Part shown: piece after piece, positions 13,915 through 25,850 of the stretch
Layout of the letters: each line of letters begins with the position of its first letter
Position numbering within the stretch: the stretch's first letter is position 1
Assembly: GCA_030390025.1 (NCBI GenBank)
Contig: CM059432.1
Span: 62,250,001-62,314,000 of the forward strand
DNA: 64,000 bases
Source: Squalus acanthias
Taxonomy: Eukaryota
Direction of reading: 5' to 3'
The notes under the pieces: model-generated
Told to the model about the DNA's origin: nothing
Databases searched by the model: none
What the model saw: the letters and a program-made list of their open reading frames with translations, nothing else
Program-made: the position numbers and the translations under genes

Positions 13915-15690
13915 CACATGTATTGTCCATTTATAGCTTCCCTGAAAAGGTAGTGGTGGGCCTTTGTGAACCCCTGTACTCCTTGTGCTGTTGGTGCTCC
14001 CACAATGATGTTGGGTAGGGAATTGCAGGATATTCACCCACTGGCAGCGCTGTCATCGCACTGCTCTGAGGCTGCAGGTCTGGTTCCAAGAGGTGGCAGA
14101 GTTCTGTGACCACCTCCTTGGTGAAGCGGAGCCACCGAACACACTGCTCCTGGCTTAGGTGCAGGTAGGAGAAGTGCTCCCTGAAGACCCTAGGTGGGTA
14201 AGGACTCCTGCTGACAGCCCTCATGCCCCTCCTCCTCCCTCTGCGTGCAGCTTGTCTTCTTTGCTGCCTCTGCTCCATCTCCCTGTCATGCAGCAGCGCG
14301 AGGGGGACTGCAGCTCGAGCCTCCATGACTGGGAGCAAGTGGTGTAGTTGGAGGCCTTCCAGTAGCAGCCAACGCCTTCCTAACGTCCAGCAGTATTCCC
14401 TGCACACCAGTATTCATACAAACTCTGCAACAGCCAGTACAAGAAAAATAATCAACTTACCTGCAAGTTGGATGTTTCCCTTTAAATAGTGCAAGTGGGG
14501 GGACCCTCGTGCAGCTGTGTTCAGCTGTGGATATTTAGGAGAGGGCGATGTCCAAAATGGCAGGTCATGCGTCAAATCAGCATTATACGCTGACTGATGT
14601 CATGATCTGCCTACTTTGCATACTGCCGGCACAGGCACGTCCCGCCCGCGCTATCGCCCTCACCAAGGTGGCGAACAGCACAGGCTGCGCTGAAAGCGAG
14701 GCGGACGCCTTTTTTTCCAAAACTGGCCTTAACTACCGCTGCTAAGGTGCGAATTTTGCAGCCGATCACTTTTATGTCTTGAATTTTGTAGATGGTAGAG
14801 AGGCTTTGAGGGGTCAGTAGGAGAGGCACTTGTTGCAGAATACCCAGCCTCTGTCCTGCTATTTCCATTGTTGATATAGCTGGTCCAGTAAAACTTCTGG
14901 TCAAATGCCTACGTCAAGATGGTACAGATTCGGTGATGGTGATGTTATTGAAGATCAGGGGGAGATGGCTGGGCTTTTTCTTGTTCGAGATAATCATTAC
15001 CTTACACTTGTGGCGTGAATGTTAACTGCTACTTGTCAACCTAATCCTGCACATTGTCCATGGGCTGCTCCAATATCGGAGATGTAAGTGGAGCTAAACA
15101 GTGGAGTTTACAGCTGACAGCTCCACTACTGACCCTGTGGTGGAGGAAAGGTCATCGGTGGAGCAACTAAAGGTGCTTGGGCTGAGGACACTTCTTTGAG
15201 GAACTCCTGTAGTGATGTCTTGGGGTTGCGATGATTGATCTCTGACAATCGCGGCCATCTTCTTTGTGTTTGGTATGACTCCAGGCACTGGAGGGTTTTC
15301 CCTTGCTAGGTCTCTTTGGTGCCATATTTGGTTGAATGCTGCCTTGATGTCAAGAGCAGCTACCCCGACCTCTCCTCTGGCATTCAGCTCCTGCATCCAT
15401 GTGTGGATCAAGGCTGTGATAAGATCTGGAGCCAAATGGCAGAACCCAAAGTGAGTGTTGATTAATAGCACTATTGATGACTCTGTCCATCACTTTACTG
15501 ATTATTGAATAGAGGCGGTAATTGGCTAAATTTACCCTGCTTTTTGTAGATAGGGCATACTTGGGCAATTTTCCATTTTATCTGGTAGCTGCTACTGCTG
15601 TAGCTGCACTGGAACAGCTTGGCAGCTAGTTCTGGTGTACACGATAGCCAAGATGTCACATATAGCCTTTGTTGTGTCAATGCATAAAAA
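13915..15690 (-). mobile_element. Degenerate non-LTR retrotransposon (same family as 50250..53700), interrupted by the Harbinger relic
   Basis: APDLITAL...ALDIKAAF, GVPQ.SVL.P and AGQRLGIL motifs are shared with the 50250 element. Confidence 0.7.
14040..14764 (-). mobile_element. Truncated Harbinger element (terminus plus transposase N-terminus)
   Basis: PYPPRVFREHFSYLHLSQEQCVRWLRFTKEVVTELCHLLEPDL...ALPV parallels the 21180 transposase N-terminus. Terminus-like GGCTGCAAAATT near 14763. Confidence 0.75.
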
Positions 15691-15801
15691 TTTTGAATAA
15701 CTTTCTTTTAAATGTATATTCTTTCTTGCATATCAACCCAAATTATAACAGACGTATTAGTATGTTTAGTTAGTGCTTAATACTATATTGTTTCTTCACA
15801 G

Positions 15802-16009
15802 GGGCAAACTGCCAGTTTACAGATGGGTACGGACTGTTGGCTTTTTGTGACTGATTCAACACTACAGTCTGCAAGTCATGATTCTGGAGTACCCAGAACC
15901 CTCTCAGTCTGTGTAACCTCATTCTGCGTGCTGGGTACTGAAGTTATTAAATCACTAAATGATGAAACTTCCAGCAGCATTACCTTCAAGGATGCCATAG
16001 TCGAAAAAG
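15802..16009 (+). CDS. SPIDR: SPIDR coding exon
   Basis: cttcacag|...G|gtaaga, phase 0/1. GQTASLQMGTDCWLFVTDSTLQ...CVLGTEVIKSL...ITFKDAIVEK resembles human WLLVTDVTLQ...CVLGSEVLEAL...FKDAL. Confidence 0.92.
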
Positions 16010-16216
16010 GTAAGACCTGGTTTAACAGTGTATTCTTAAAGGTATTTTCTTTGGTTTACTGAATAAAGCAAGACCAAAAGGATTGTGAGAAGAGAAGCCT
16101 ATACCCAACACCTGCTTCATTAAAATACTGAAATGATTTAGGAAGTGTTAGATTTGGGAAGTAAGAAAGAAAATAGTGTAAAGAAAAACACAAAGGACAA
16201 AAGTTGGACAAGCATA

Positions 16217-17520
16217 ATAACAACTTATATTTATATAGTGCATTTCCTGTACAAGATGTCCCAGACCATTTTATAGAGAAGTAAGAGGAACAGACGCCAA
16301 GCCCTGAGAGGGGGATTTGGAGAGGTGATTGAAGGCTCAGTCAAAAAGATGGATTTTAAGGAGGACAGATAATTAGGTGAAGAGGTTTAGGGAGAGAGTA
16401 GGGTTGAGGCAACTGAAAGCTCTACCACCAATGTTGGAATGAAGATTGGGGAAAAGCTGCATAGGAGGCTAGAATTGGAGAGCCAAATGCTGTGGGAGAG
16501 GATGTGTGGCTTGAGGAAGTTGCAGTGGTAGAGATGTGTGATGCCTTAGAGGGATTTGAAGACGGGTTTTAATTTTGAATGCATTGGGGGACAGGGAGGG
16601 AGCCAGTGTAGGTGAGTGAGCATTATGTGGGATAGGATACGGGCTGCTGCATGTTTGGACAATTTGGAGTTTATTGAGGGTGGAAGATGGAAAGCCAACA
16701 GGCAAAGTATTTGAATAATCAAGACTGGAGGTGGCAAAAGTGTGCGTAATGGTTTCAATGCTGGTGGGTTTGATATGGGTGGAGATAATGTTGCGAAAGT
16801 GCATGTAAGGGGACTTGGTGATGGTGGGGACTTGGAGCATGAATCTCATCTCAAGTAGACCATGACATCGAGGTTGTGCGTGGTTTTGTTCATCCTAAGC
16901 ATGTGGCCAGGTAGTGGGGTGACATTAATGGCAAGTGAGCAGAATTTATGACGGGTGCTGACAACTATGACTTTGGCTTTCCTGATAGTTAGCTGAACTA
17001 AGTTGTGATTCATCCATGACAATGTCAGACAGGCAGTCCAACAGCACTGAAGTGGTTATGGGGTCAAGAGAAGTGGACCTCATGCCTGCGATGAGTTGCT
17101 GAGGGGTAGCACATTAATGAAGAAGAGACAAGCAAGAATAGATCTTTGGGGACACTGGAGGTCACAGTGTGGGGGTGGGAGCAGAAGCCATTGCTGAAGA
17201 CATGCTAGTTTTGCCTGTATAGGTAGCAGTGAAATCACACGAGGGTCGTTCGATGGAGCTGAACAAGAGAGATTGTTAGTGGAAGATGGCATGGTCAACT
17301 GTGTCAAGTGCTGTGGAGAGGTCGAGCAGGACAAGAAGAGGTAAGACACCACGGTGTGAGAGGGGCATAGAATGTAATTTGGCACTATGGCCAGGTCTAT
17401 TGCAATGTTTATTGAGATAAATGGAAATCAGACTGGAAGAATCCAAACAGGAAGTTACCGGAGACATGTGCACAGAGCCGGAAGGCAACAAATGTTCAAG
17501 GACTTTTGGGGCAGGGAACA
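16217..17520 (-). mobile_element. L2 LINE 3' fragment
   Basis: LVLLDLSTALDTVDH, SSLDYSN, LHWLP; tail GCACTATATAAATATAAGTTGTT. Confidence 0.8.
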
Positions 17521-17982
17521 TTCACATTAGCAGTAAAACAGAATGGAAAGACATATTTTGCTAGCTCTGAAATTTAAGAATGTTCTCAGACTTCTTACCA
17601 GCTTTAGAATCTCCAGTCAGCCCAAAAGAACCAAAACAACACACTCTTTCTGCATAGAGCTTGAGTCAGTGACTCAACAATATGAATTGTGTGAAGACCT
17701 CCTAAAGGAACACTTAGGGCTGGATTTTGTCTTGGGGTCGTGTTACCCGCATTTTGTGTTGCCCCCCCGACTCCAGATTAATGTGGATTAATGATGCGAT
17801 TTTAACTTAATTGGCCAATTGAGTTCCAACATGTGGGAACCCATGGCCAATGAGTTATTCCAGTCTGAAAGTCGCCTCCAATGACATCATCATTGCTGCT
17901 GCATTTAAGGTCTGCAGCAAGCCTTGCTTCCTCTGCAGGCTGCCAAACTTTTGGACCTGAAATCTAAGCACCTGCAGCAGGA

Positions 17983-19892
17983 ATGGCCAGCCAACGGCCC
18001 AGGGCTGCTCCCAGATTCCATGATGTTGCCCTTCAGGCTTTGGTGGATGGAGCAAGAGCCAACAAGGAGGTGCTCTTCCCCTCCTCAGGGAGGAAGAAGC
18101 CTCCCCAGCAGACAAAGGCTGTGTGGGTCCAGATCGCCCAGGAGGTCACCTCTTTATCTTTGACAAGCAGAACCTGGATCCAGTGCAGGAAGAGGTTTCA
18201 TGACGACCTACGTACTGCTAAAGTGAGTATGACTTTCCCTTCACCCTCAATCTGATCCCCATTGCCTCTCCTCACCAGCACTCAGCTTTAGCAACCTCTT
18301 CCTCCATATCCCACTTGACACTGACATCCATGCACCCTTACCCATTCCCTCTCCCTCTATGGTCACATTCACATTATTCGACTATGCAGCCCTCACACTC
18401 CCTATCACTGTCATGCTTTGAAAACAACTTACAACACACAGGGAGGGCCCTCAGTCTTGCCAGCTCAATCTATCTTTGTCTCCTTCTAAGCATCTATGCT
18501 ATGGATTCTCTACACTCACTCCTTCAATCTCACTCAAACTCCACTTGTCTCCCTCATTGCAGGAAAAGAGAGCTCACAATAAAAGGGAAAGAGCCAGGAC
18601 AGGAGGAGGGCCACCCTCATTAGCCCAGCTCACCCCCTGGGAGGAGGCGGTCCTGGAGATCGTGGGCGCCCAGGAGGAAACGCAAGTGGGGGACGGACAG
18701 ACGGGTGCAGCAGAGCAAGCAGGTGACTGAATAGTATTCCATCTCTCTCATTGACATTGCATGAGTCGCTGATAATGAATCTGAAGCTCTAACAGATGGA
18801 TTTATGATCATCTGCAATATGCAATGTGCATGTAACCTTGGCATCACATCTCTGACTCTTTCCTTTACTCCCCCACAGGATCATCGCAAGCACCCGTCCC
18901 CACTAGTCAGGAGGAGCAGCCTGAACCGACAGACTCCTCAGAGGAAGCTGCAACCTCTGAGGGCGCAGCGTCAGCAGAACTAAGTGCACGCAGCACCAGC
19001 GCAGACACTCACACCTCGGTGGGACCCTCGGGACATAGAGTAGTGTTGTCACCTGGTGTATCACAGCTCACAAGTGAGCATCAGCAGATGGTGGAGACAG
19101 GGACAGCAGTGGAGAGTCCTAGTCAGAGGGCGCAGGACTCTCCTAGCTCGGTTCAGCTGCATGTCGACCCTCTGCCTCTGGGGCCATCCATAAGATCAGC
19201 GGTGCTGGGACTCCAGGAACAGATGCAGGAGTCTCTGACAGGTTTTATCTCCAGGGTCGCTGCGAGTGTGGAGCGAATGGAGGAGTCCATAGCGAACATG
19301 AGCAGAGCCTTTGTGGAGTCATTGGCGCATGAACGCATCACCATGGAAAGGATGGCAACCTCCATAGAGGTGATAAGTCGCCAGAGTGCAGAAAACATGG
19401 TCATTGTTCTGAATAGAATGACATCTCTGGAGGAGCGATGGTCATCTATTGAACAGAGAAACCAGACCTTCATGGAAGTCCTTCTGAGTAGGACTTCCAG
19501 TGCAGATACGGGTCCCCATGGCCCCCCTGATGTGCAGCAAGGTGCTCTGAAGCCACTTGCAAGCGCTGAGGTGGACCTGACCCATGAGAGGGATGTTGGT
19601 GGCACACAACAAGGAGGTGGGGGCTCCTCTCCAAGCGCTCACACTTCCATGCCACTGACAGGTCCTCGGTCAGAGTCCACACCCAAGTGAGATCGGCGTC
19701 TCAACCCCTGCCCAGCCGCAGGAGCAGCAGACTGTTGCCGAGCCCTCTCAGGTTCGCAACCCCAGAGGACGCCCGCCAAAGGAGTCGAGACAGGAGCAGC
19801 AACAAAGTGAGCAGGGGGCCTCCACTTCTGCTGAAGCCACAGGGGAAGCACCACGTAGGAGCACGCGTAAGAGAAAGAAACTGCACAAATAG
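17983..19892 (+). pseudogene. Harbinger Myb/SANT-like DNA-binding protein gene (exons 17983-18222, 18563-18722, 18879-19690/19892)
   Basis: RAAPRF...W..IA..V...RTWIQCRKRF trihelix/Myb motif and RTGGGPP. Canonical GT-AG introns with matching phases give 403 aa to the TGA at 19690. A probable 1-bp frameshift near 19685 hides a C-terminus ending at the TAG at 19892. Confidence 0.85.
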
Positions 19893-20149
19893 TCACAAGG
19901 GTAGTCACTTGGGTGAATTTTGATGTGTATTGTTAAAAAGCCATCAGGTCTAAAGTTTAATTAAAAACTCTGATGGCTACAGCTGCAGTTGTGGCGTCTG
20001 TCATTTCGCTAATGGGACTTCCACAATGAGGCCTTAGGATAACTTGCAATTGTCAGTATGGTGGTCACATTGTTAGGGATCCGCTGGGTCTGGGCCATTG
20101 TCGTAGCTCTGGTAAGAAGCTGCGAGGCAAAAGTGCTTTCTTGTCTAGG

Positions 20150-21372
20150 CTAAGCAAATCTGGCCAAGATGAGTGCGTTCCTTGCATTCCGGGCAGCTAT
20201 GGTCTCGCGTAATGCTGCCACTGGTTGAGGGGCCTCTGTAAGTTGTTCGTTCTCTCTCTCCTCCTCCTCATCTGAGGAGGCTATGTGAGGAGCCACTTGG
20301 TCCTCCGGCATCTATAAGCCACGACGCTGTGCCATGTTGTGAAGTGCACAGCAAACCACGACAGTTCTGGAGACCCTGGCTGCTGAGTATTGCAGGGCTC
20401 CACCTGATCTATCCAGGCATCTGAAGCGCATCTTCAGCATACCGATGGTTTGCTCGATTATGGATCTGGTGGAAATGTGGCTGGAGTTGTAGCTCTCCTC
20501 AGCTGCGTTGGATGGGCTCCTCAACGGCGTCATCAGCCACATCCTCAGGGGATAGCCCTTGTCTCCAAGTAGCCATCCGTGAAGTTGGTCTGGCGGACTG
20601 AATAGCGGAGGCACACTAGACTGGCGCAGTATGAAGGAGTCATGGCAACTGCCAGGGTACTTGGCACAAACATGCAGAACTTCCTTGTTGTGGTCACACA
20701 CTAGCTGAACGTTAAGGAAGTGGAAGCCCTTGCGGTTGACACAAATACCTGCATTGCGATGGGGTGCCTTAAGGGCCACGTGTGCAGTCAACGACGGCCT
20801 GCACCCTTGGAAAGCCTGCCAGATTAGCTAATCCAACCGCACGCGCCGTGACACTTGCTCGATCCTTGGTGAAATGGATGTGATTGTGCGCGATGGCAAA
20901 GAGGGCATCGGTTACCTGTGTGATGCAGGTGTGTGCGGCCGCCTGGGAGATGCCGCAGATGTCTGCTGCTGATCCCTGGAATGAGCCTGAGGCAAAAAAG
21001 TTGAGTGCGGTGGTGACTTTGACGGCCACTGGTAAGGGACGTCCACCTGGTCCTCTGGGCTCCAGGTCTTGTTGCAGCATTGCGCAGATGTCACCCACTG
21101 CCTCTCGCAAAAGTCGGAGCCGCCTTTGGCACTGCTGCTCAGACATGTTGAGGTAGCTGACCCTCTGTCTGTAGACCCTGTTTGGGGGGGTATCTCCTGC
21201 GCCGACGGCCTTCCATGCGCTGGCCCCTTCTGTCCTGTGCAGCTTCAGGTGGGTGAGCAGCAGCTTGGCGCTGCTGCTGTTGGTGGTGCTGTTGTTCATG
21301 GTTCTGCTGGTGCCGCGGCTGCTGTTCCTCCTCATCGGATATCCAGGAGGGAAGGAAATAAATGGCTCCCAT
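20150..21372 (-). pseudogene. Harbinger (HARBI1-like) DDE transposase, disrupted
   Basis: Motifs [69 protein letters not shown]. Frameshifts near 21187 (C run) and 20782 (CA repeat); in-frame TAG at 20312-20314. Confidence 0.92.
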
Positions 21373-21927
21373 GCCTCTGGCATATGTCTCAGTTGAGGAA
21401 GCCCTCAATGAGGGTGGTGAGAGGGGTTTCCCAGGAGGTCACACTGCAGATGGGTGTCAGGCTCCAAACTTCCAGAGCTGTGGTTATGCCTTCTAAAAGT
21501 TCCCCCAGACCTGTTACAACAAAGTCCTGCCACCTGCAATTGATGGCTGATCAAATCTCCTATTTAAAGGTTGAGCTGCAGCTGATAGTCAGCAATCCAC
21601 TTGTGCTCTCGCCAGGTTTCACTGGAGTGTTTCCCATCAGGCGTGCTTCACGTGGGAAAAGGGTTAAAGTGCCTAAAATGGTTCAAAATGGCATTACTGA
21701 GCCACTTTAGGGATAGTTAAGAGCGTTAATGGCCTCTCGCGCCTCTTGGAGGCGGGATGGAGTCGTGAACCCCGCGACCCATTTTGTCAAAATTGCGTGG
21801 AGGTGTGTTGGAGTCGGGATGGGGTCGGGACCCCCGAATCTGCTACTTTAACCCCCCACACACCTCCAAACCCGACTCCACGGGTCATTCAAAATCCAGC
21901 CCTTTAAGTCACAATCCAAAAAGTCAT

Positions 21928-22034
21928 AAATTACAAATAAAAACAGAAAGTGCTGGAAATACTCAGCAGGTCAGGCAGCATCTGTGGAGAGAGAAACAGA
22001 GTTAACGTTTCAGGTCGATGACCCTTCGTCAGAA
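21928..22034 (-). repeat. Penelope-like element terminal fragment with a minimal hammerhead motif
   Basis: Minus strand: CTGACGA-AGGGTC-ATC-GACCT-GAAAC-GTT-AACTCTG...CAGATGCTGCCTGACCTGCTGAG...CCAGCACTTTCTGTTTT. Confidence 0.6.
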
Positions 22035-23528
22035 ATTACCCTTCTGTTTGCAGCAGATTAAAGGAAAGCAAGATGAAACTATTACATTCCACATACTGCA
22101 TTTAGCTTCACATCTGGAAACCAGCTGTCCCTTATTGTCCTGTAACACAGTAAGACAAGCTGGCAGAGTGAAACTGATTTTGAAGAAGATTATGTAGATT
22201 GCAGTAGAGTCAGACCCCAAACATGTCTTCTGCATTTCTTCTCAAGTCTTGGATTCACAATAGTTGCACCATGTAAGTGAATCCTGTATCAGTCAGTAGT
22301 AATTCCCTGTAATACAATTGGGTGCTACTCCTGTAAAAATATCCAACTTCTAGTTGAAATGCATCAAATTCCTAGCCGCATGACCTCTGCTGTTAAACTA
22401 CTTCAAGGGAAGCAAGATGATGGGCTTGGGATAGGCCATTTAAAGAACTGTCTACACTAAAAGACAAGATCTTGAGGAATAAATCAACAAGATAGTTTGT
22501 ATCTGATTCAGGAGGACCTGAAAACCCCACAAACAATGTAAAAAACTAACTTCGACTTTTCTGTGAAGATGGACTCACAGAAATTAATTGTAATAACATC
22601 CTGAATGTAGAACATTGAATAATCCAGAATGGACACTTGATTGTATCATCATAACAATAAACAGACTTTACTCAAATCTTTCTAATGCAATGAGACTGAC
22701 CTTTGTAGTAAAACAATTCCAGTGATGTGGTAGATTTGGGGTTAAAGTTGGGTTTTATTTGCCTTAATTGGCTATAAATGATTTACTGTATTCTGAGTTC
22801 CCTGAAAACCACAGCTAGAGCAGAACCTATTTAAGGTTTGGGCTATGTAATGCTATTGATTGATTGGAAGATTCTGCATCCACTAAAGCAGGAGTTACAA
22901 TGATGCCCTGGATTGCAGGCCTCGCCAGACTCCATGGGGGTCATTTGCACCTTGGTTGCTCAGGTGCTTCATCGATCATGCAGCACAGCATAGGAGCGCA
23001 TATGGATTCATCACAGTAACTGGACTACGCATGACCAAAAGGACAAATAAACAACTTTAAAAACACAAACACAGAGATGTTATTTACTAAACAGGAGCAA
23101 TAAATAAAAATAAATTCCTGATTAGTTCAATTCCGTTTCTTTTTTGTTTTTGCTGGAAATTATACTTGTCCTGTGAACTGAGTGTCTGTAATGCAACCTC
23201 AATAATTGAATTGCCTTTTTATGTTACACAGTTGGTATCCATTATATATTTTCAAATTTTCCAGTTTAAAATGTTTTAAAAAGATGAATGGCAAGAGAAG
23301 TGCTGAGGTTTCTTTAGCAGGCTTCCTTTTTTGACTTGGAAGATGTTATTTTAATATTTCAATTTAGCAGCTGTGCATGTGTAGATTTGTACAGTCACAA
23401 TTTCTTAAAAGATGAGAGGAGCATATATTATTTGATAAATTTATCTCTCAATTATATTCTAAGAAATGCTTGGTGTATTTGCACGTAGTATCTTGTTATA
23501 CTGAGAGCCATTTTCTCTTATTCTGTAG

Positions 23529-23681
23529 ACTCTATTGTGTGTGCTGAGGGGACTGTACTTTCACTCCAGAAATCGGTGTTTCGAAGTAATGAAAATCAGG
23601 AAAATTCTCCATTGACTGGAAAAGTTACACTTGATGAACTCAGTGCTTTGACCAAAGTAAATTCTGTGTGTACAGTGCAAG
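23529..23681 (+). CDS. SPIDR: SPIDR coding exon
   Basis: ttctgtag|...G|gtgaga, phase 1/1. DSIVCAEGTVLSLQK...LDELSALTKVNSVCTVQG resembles human IVCAERTVLLLQK...VNSICSVQG. Confidence 0.93.
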
Positions 23682-24739
23682 GTGAGACTGTGTTTCTACC
23701 TCTTCAATTGGTCATTTACCCTTTTATAGTTGCAGCAGCATTTGTGCCGCAAAATGAAAAGGAATGTTACAAATACAGATTATTTCCAGAATACTTTGAA
23801 TTAAGAAATCTTCTGTTGTGGGTGATGGGGGTTGCAAGGTGCTATACCAGACTGAAGTAAAAAAGGTAATTCTTTTAAATATACTTACCTAAATGTGAAG
23901 CTGGGAGGTGCAAGAGTGCTCCTTCTGGCTCCACATACAAACCGCAGGCCGCCCCCCCTGATTGCCGACTTCAATTCCCCCTGAATTGCTGCTGCCACCC
24001 CTCTCCAGATTGCGCCTGCCCTCTCCTGGTCACCCCCTTTCCCCTTTAAAGTCTTACTTGAGGACCACTGCTGGCGGTGCAGTGGCCTGATAATACAGAC
24101 CTCTTCACCGGCATGATTTAAATGAGGCCCGAAGCCCAATATCAGGTGAGCTTTGGGCCTACACATTCAGGTGCAAGGATTAATTCTAGTGCAAACTAAT
24201 TTCTATTGTTGTATGTTTTAGTAGGTTTTCTATCCATGTCATTGTTGCTCTTGAATCTCACGCTCGCACTTTTGTGTTGTTGACAGCTCAGAATCACTTC
24301 TTTTGGTTTAAGTGACTAAATTTGAAGTATGCCACTCTAAAATTATTTACTGCTCCATATGTTTACGATGGGTTTTGGACACCCGTCCATTTCATGGTTA
24401 TATCTTGTTGATCATTACATGTGCTTCTGTGCTCCAGAGCACTGTGCTAATGAGCCAGTAACTGATTTTATGGCATTTATTTACAGAAAAACATTACAAT
24501 ACTAAATGTAGCAAACAACATAAATACATTTCAAAACTATCAGTGTAAAAAAAAAGCTGCAAGTTTCTGTCTTGTTTAGTTGATTCCAGAGAACAGAGAG
24601 CTGGGCTGTCTAAGTATTAAAATGCACACCAGTCAGCATCATGAACCTGCCCTTCCCTGTTTCCAAGTGGCGATGTAGAATGATGGGCATTTTGCCATTT
24701 CTGGCTGTGTTGGTATAACAAGTTTTTCCTCTTTGCTTC

Positions 24740-25430
24740 CCTTCGTTTCATCATTGCTTTTGTTTCTTTGATTTTACTTCACATTTTATGTCTGACTCCA
24801 TTAACTCACCGTAAATCGCAGTATGTCCCAGGTTCACCAAGAATTTAAATTCAGTAAGTCTTATTCCAGAAACTGGTGGGATGTCACCATCCACAATTTG
24901 CATTAAGTACTTGGTCATAATTGTAAACCCACATTTACAAAAGCAGTTTGTAATACATGAGTGCACGATTGCTTTCCAAGCAGTAACAATCATATATATT
25001 GTACTGTCTCCAGTAGGTTGACATGCCTAGCAACATCTTGTGCAGTCAGACATGTTTTCTACAAAGGAAGTGAAAGTAATGTTCCTAAATGCTTGTATGG
25101 TCTCCGGGTCCAATAGCTGAGACGAAGCATGTTGTGTTTGCGGATAAGAACACCACTTTTATGTTGAGAAGGTTCAGCTCTGTGTTATGACCTGCAGAAT
25201 TGTACATAATGAGCAGTTTTTGTGCACTGATAACCAAATTCCATAGTCTGTTTTCACAACTGGTCTGAAAACTCCACTCAAGTCACGCAGGCATTCTTCT
25301 TTCCCCTGTATTAACCTGGTAGGTTGCAAATGCTGCAAAACAGCAAAGGTTTGCAGATTTGCAAATGATTACGGCATGGCGCTTATTTGTCCTCGACTTG
25401 TTGCAACAGAATGGCACTGCTGGCTCTTTC
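24740..25430 (-). pseudogene. Degenerate pogo/Tigger (DDE_1) transposase relic
   Basis: Fragments across frameshifts: FCCNKSRTNK...IICKSANLCCF; KKNACVT; VVFLSANTT...QLLDPETIQAF; AWKAIVHSCITNCFCKCGF. These are typical pogo/Tigger motifs in the expected order. Confidence 0.7.
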
Positions 25431-25489
25431 ATTTTGTTTTCCTCCTGTAACAGGAATGTAATTGAATGTTAGTGTACCGTTTCTGATAG

Positions 25490-25850
25490 AAGGAAAGAAC
25501 TTGCAATTATATAGCGCCTTTCATGTCCTTAGGATGTTCCAGAGCACTTCACAACCAGTGGATTATGTTTGAAGTGTAGTCACTATTATGTAGGTAATTG
25601 CGACAGTCAATTTGTGCACTGCAAGGTCCCACAGACAGCAGTGAGATAAATGGCCAGATGATCTATTTTTGGTGGTGTTGATTGAGGGATAAATATTGGC
25701 CAGGACACCAGGAAAAATCCACTTCCTTCTTCAAGTAGTACCATGGAATCTTTTACATCCACCCGAGCAGGCAAATGGGGCCTTGCTTGACGTCTTATCT
25801 GAAATATAGCACCTCCAACAGTGCAGCACTCCCTCAGTCCTGCTTTCCAA
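25490..25850 (-). mobile_element. DeuSINE-like SINE (5' truncated)
   Basis: Same core and tail as the 4356 copy, in reverse orientation. Confidence 0.7.

Larger units (their letters stand above)
17717..21902. mobile_element. Full-length PIF/Harbinger DNA transposon (two convergent genes)
   Basis: TIRs GGGCTGGATTTT(G) and (C)AAAATCCAGCCC. Left flank TTA, right flank TTT (imperfect 3-bp TSD). Myb/SANT gene on + and DDE transposase on -. Confidence 0.93.

Noticed and set aside
20150..21372. Host HARBI1 gene (and NAIF1/MSANTD for the Myb ORF)
   Set aside because: Flanked by TIRs, paired with its partner gene, disrupted, and related MITEs occur nearby, so it is a transposon rather than a domesticated gene.
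19153..21710. Antisense ORFs (19153..19605, 21069..21710 and others)
   Set aside because: Shadows of the GC-rich transposon genes on the opposite strand, with no motifs of their own.
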